A stretch of 46,647 nucleotides of DNA, from NCBI GenBank assembly GCA_035695985.1, contig DASRRB010000037.1, positions 1 through 46,647 of the forward strand, given 5' to 3'. Positions 45,046 through 46,647 of this stretch are shown here, piece by piece; within the stretch, counting starts at the first letter, position 1; each line of letters starts with the position of its first letter. The notes below the pieces were generated by a model that ran no database searches, was not told the origin of the DNA, and saw only the letters and a list, made by a program, of their open reading frames with translations. The stretch comes from Planctomycetota bacterium (lineage in GTDB: Bacteria; Planctomycetota; B15-G4; SIAN01). A program made the position numbers and the translations under genes.

Positions 45046-46575
45046 ATGTTGCCTCGCCCCCTGCTCGCCCTCTCCGTGCTCGGTTCGTTCCTTGGCCTCG
45101 CCGCATCCGCGCGAGGCCAACGCGTCTTGCTCGAGGTGAAGAGCCCCGTCCCCGGCGCCGACGCCGTCACGGGCATCTTCATCGGAGACTGGGACGGCGA
45201 CGGCGTCGACGACCTCGCGATCGGAGCGGCGCGCGACAGCACCGTCGCGAACCTGGCCGGCGCCGTGCGCGTCCACTCGGGCGCCAACGGCAGCGTGCTC
45301 GCCGCCTTCTACGGCACGAATGCGATCGACTACTTCGGCGCGTACCTCGCGCGCATGCCCGACATGAACGGCGACGGTGTCGACGAGCTCGCGGTCTCGG
45401 CGCCCTACGCCGACAACACCGGCACCGACACCGGCTCGGTCTTCGTCTACGCCGGCCGCACCGGCGCGCTCCTGATGCAGAGCGACGGCCCCTCCAACCT
45501 GATCTTCTACGGCGTCCCGATGGGGCCGATCGGCGACGTGGACGGCGACGGCGTGTGCGACCTCTACGTGTCGCAGTACGGCGTCGGCGACGTCGTGCAC
45601 GTCGTCTCGGGCGCGGACGGCAGCGAGATCCGGACGCTCAGCGGCGCGACCGGCGAGTACTTCGGCCTCGACGTCAGCGCGATCCACGACGTGGACGGCG
45701 ACGGGATGCGCGACCTGCTGATCGGCGCCAAGCACGGCCAGAACGCGAACGGCTGGTACACCGGCGCGGCGTACGTCGTCTCGACCGCGAGCGGAACCGT
45801 CCTGCGCACGCACCTCGGCGCGTTCGACGGCGAGTTCCACGGCTACGGCACGGCCGCGGTGAGCGACCTCGACGGCGACGGTGTCCCCGACTACGCCGTC
45901 GCGAGCAAGTACGACGACACCCTCTGGTCCGCGATGGCGCGCGTCTATTCGGGCGCGACCGGCAACGCGCTCGGCAAGGTCGCGGCGCCCAACAAGCGGT
46001 CGGTCTACGGCACGCAGATCGTCGGCGAGGGCGATCTGAACGGCGACGGCTACGGCGACTTCGCCATGTCGGGCTGGTGGTACGACAACAACGGGACGGG
46101 TCAGGCCGCGACGATCCTGATCTCCGGCAAGACGCTGCTCGTGCTCGACCGCATCGAAGTGGTCGGCCTCGGCGTCGTGCTCTCGCCGGGCGCCGACCAG
46201 GACCGCGACGGTTTCACCGACGTGATCGCCGGGATCATCGACTCCAATTTCGACGGCAAGGTGCGCGTCTATTCGGGCGAGGCGCTGTGGCTCGACGTCT
46301 CGCCGAGCCGTCCCAGCGCCGGCGTGACGATCGACTTCGCGGCGCGCGAGGGCACGACCGGCCAGCCGGCGATCCTCGTTCTCGAGGACGTCGACGGCAC
46401 GCCGTACTTCCAGGTCGTGAACGGGCTGGGCGCCTTCGACGCGACCGGCGGCTACACCTTTTCGGCCACCGTCCCGAACGGGCTCGCCGGTCACGACATG
46501 ACGTTCAAGGCGTACGCCCACGACGCGTCGGGCCACCTGATCGCGAGCGCGGGGCAGGGCGTGCACTTCAAGTGA
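45046..46575 (+). CDS. Secreted FG-GAP repeat (integrin-alpha-like propeller) protein with C-terminal Ig-like domain
   Basis: RBS AGGAG. Signal peptide present. The Ca-loop DxDGDGxxD followed by L.(I/V)GA recurs about 7 times. Confidence 0.85.
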   Translation: MLPRPLLALSVLGSFLGLAASARGQRVLLEVKSPVPGADAVTGIFIGDWDGDGVDDLAIGAARDSTVANLAGAVRVHSGANGSVLAAFYGTNAIDYFGAYLARMPDMNGDGVDELAVSAPYADNTGTDTGSVFVYAGRTGALLMQSDGPSNLIFYGVPMGPIGDVDGDGVCDLYVSQYGVGDVVHVVSGADGSEIRTLSGATGEYFGLDVSAIHDVDGDGMRDLLIGAKHGQNANGWYTGAAYVVSTASGTVLRTHLGAFDGEFHGYGTAAVSDLDGDGVPDYAVASKYDDTLWSAMARVYSGATGNALGKVAAPNKRSVYGTQIVGEGDLNGDGYGDFAMSGWWYDNNGTGQAATILISGKTLLVLDRIEVVGLGVVLSPGADQDRDGFTDVIAGIIDSNFDGKVRVYSGEALWLDVSPSRPSAGVTIDFAAREGTTGQPAILVLEDVDGTPYFQVVNGLGAFDATGGYTFSATVPNGLAGHDMTFKAYAHDASGHLIASAGQGVHFK

Positions 46576-46580
46576 GCGCC

Positions 46581-46599
46581 GGCCCCGACGGGGCCTTTT
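46581..46599 (+). terminator. Rho-independent terminator candidate
   Basis: GGCCCC-GAC-GGGGCC followed by TTTT, 6 nt after the stop at 46575. Confidence 0.7.
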
Positions 46600-46612
46600 C
46601 AAGATCGCGAGT

Positions 46613-46647
46613 GAGCGCGGCCGCGTCGGAGAGACGCGGCCGCGCTC
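46613..46647. repeat. Perfect 15-bp inverted repeat (hairpin) touching the window edge
   Basis: GAGCGCGGCCGCGTC - GGAGA - GACGCGGCCGCGCTC. Each arm contains GCGGCCGC. Confidence 0.6.

Noticed and set aside
46613-46647. The 15-bp inverted repeat as a terminal inverted repeat of an IS or MITE.
   Set aside because: The two arms are adjacent, forming a hairpin rather than flanking anything. No transposase or target-site duplication is visible.

Overview
This is a very GC-rich bacterial chromosomal segment, roughly 70% G+C by hand-sampling a few lines rather than by computation. Coding is dense on both strands. I call 34 CDS. I found no rRNA, tRNA, CRISPR array, transposase, integrase or phage genes. 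All functional calls rest on motifs I can read in the translations; no alignments were run.

Gene content, left to right:
- 2-685: a 5'-truncated membrane protein ending in a GspG-type pseudopilin globular domain.
- 785-9838: a co-directional string. It comprises a micro-membrane protein, a DUF374 acyltransferase-like protein, a DUF72 protein, a second micro-membrane protein, a sodium:solute symporter, pyrB, pyrI, a long class-III aminotransferase, purF and a DinB-family protein.
- 9959-11746: an isolated small Cys-rich zinc-ribbon-like ORF with a near-consensus promoter and a long leader, followed by a LarA (lactate racemase) homologue.
- 11759-12268: a short GGQ release-factor-like protein.
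- 12296-19782: a Thr-type sulfatase-fold/TPR protein, an M16 peptidase and a K+-independent H+-pyrophosphatase.
- 20084-22263: two uncharacterised proteins.
- 29754-22279 (minus strand): an S46 peptidase, DedA and APC permease unit, then two prepilin-type pseudopilins, a PilX/GspK-like protein and a HEAT-repeat protein.
- 29973-36465: two tandem GH38-like genes plus a secreted NHL-type propeller.
- 36479-46575: an M20 dipeptidase, a GT-C glycosyltransferase, a 1055-aa PQQ-sugar-dehydrogenase-like multidomain protein, metG and an FG-GAP propeller protein.

The region looks like core chromosome rather than an accessory island, and I found no clear-cut novel system. The best candidates for a second look are:
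- the orphan, tightly coupled pseudopilin/PilX-like/HEAT operon (22279-25233);
- the zinc-ribbon micro-ORF locus upstream of the LarA homologue (9840-11746);
- the leaderless GspG-domain protein at the left edge;
- the GGQ protein with a non-canonical C-terminal domain.

The many long Arg/Ala/Pro/Gly-rich ORFs in alternative frames are treated as high-GC artefacts.
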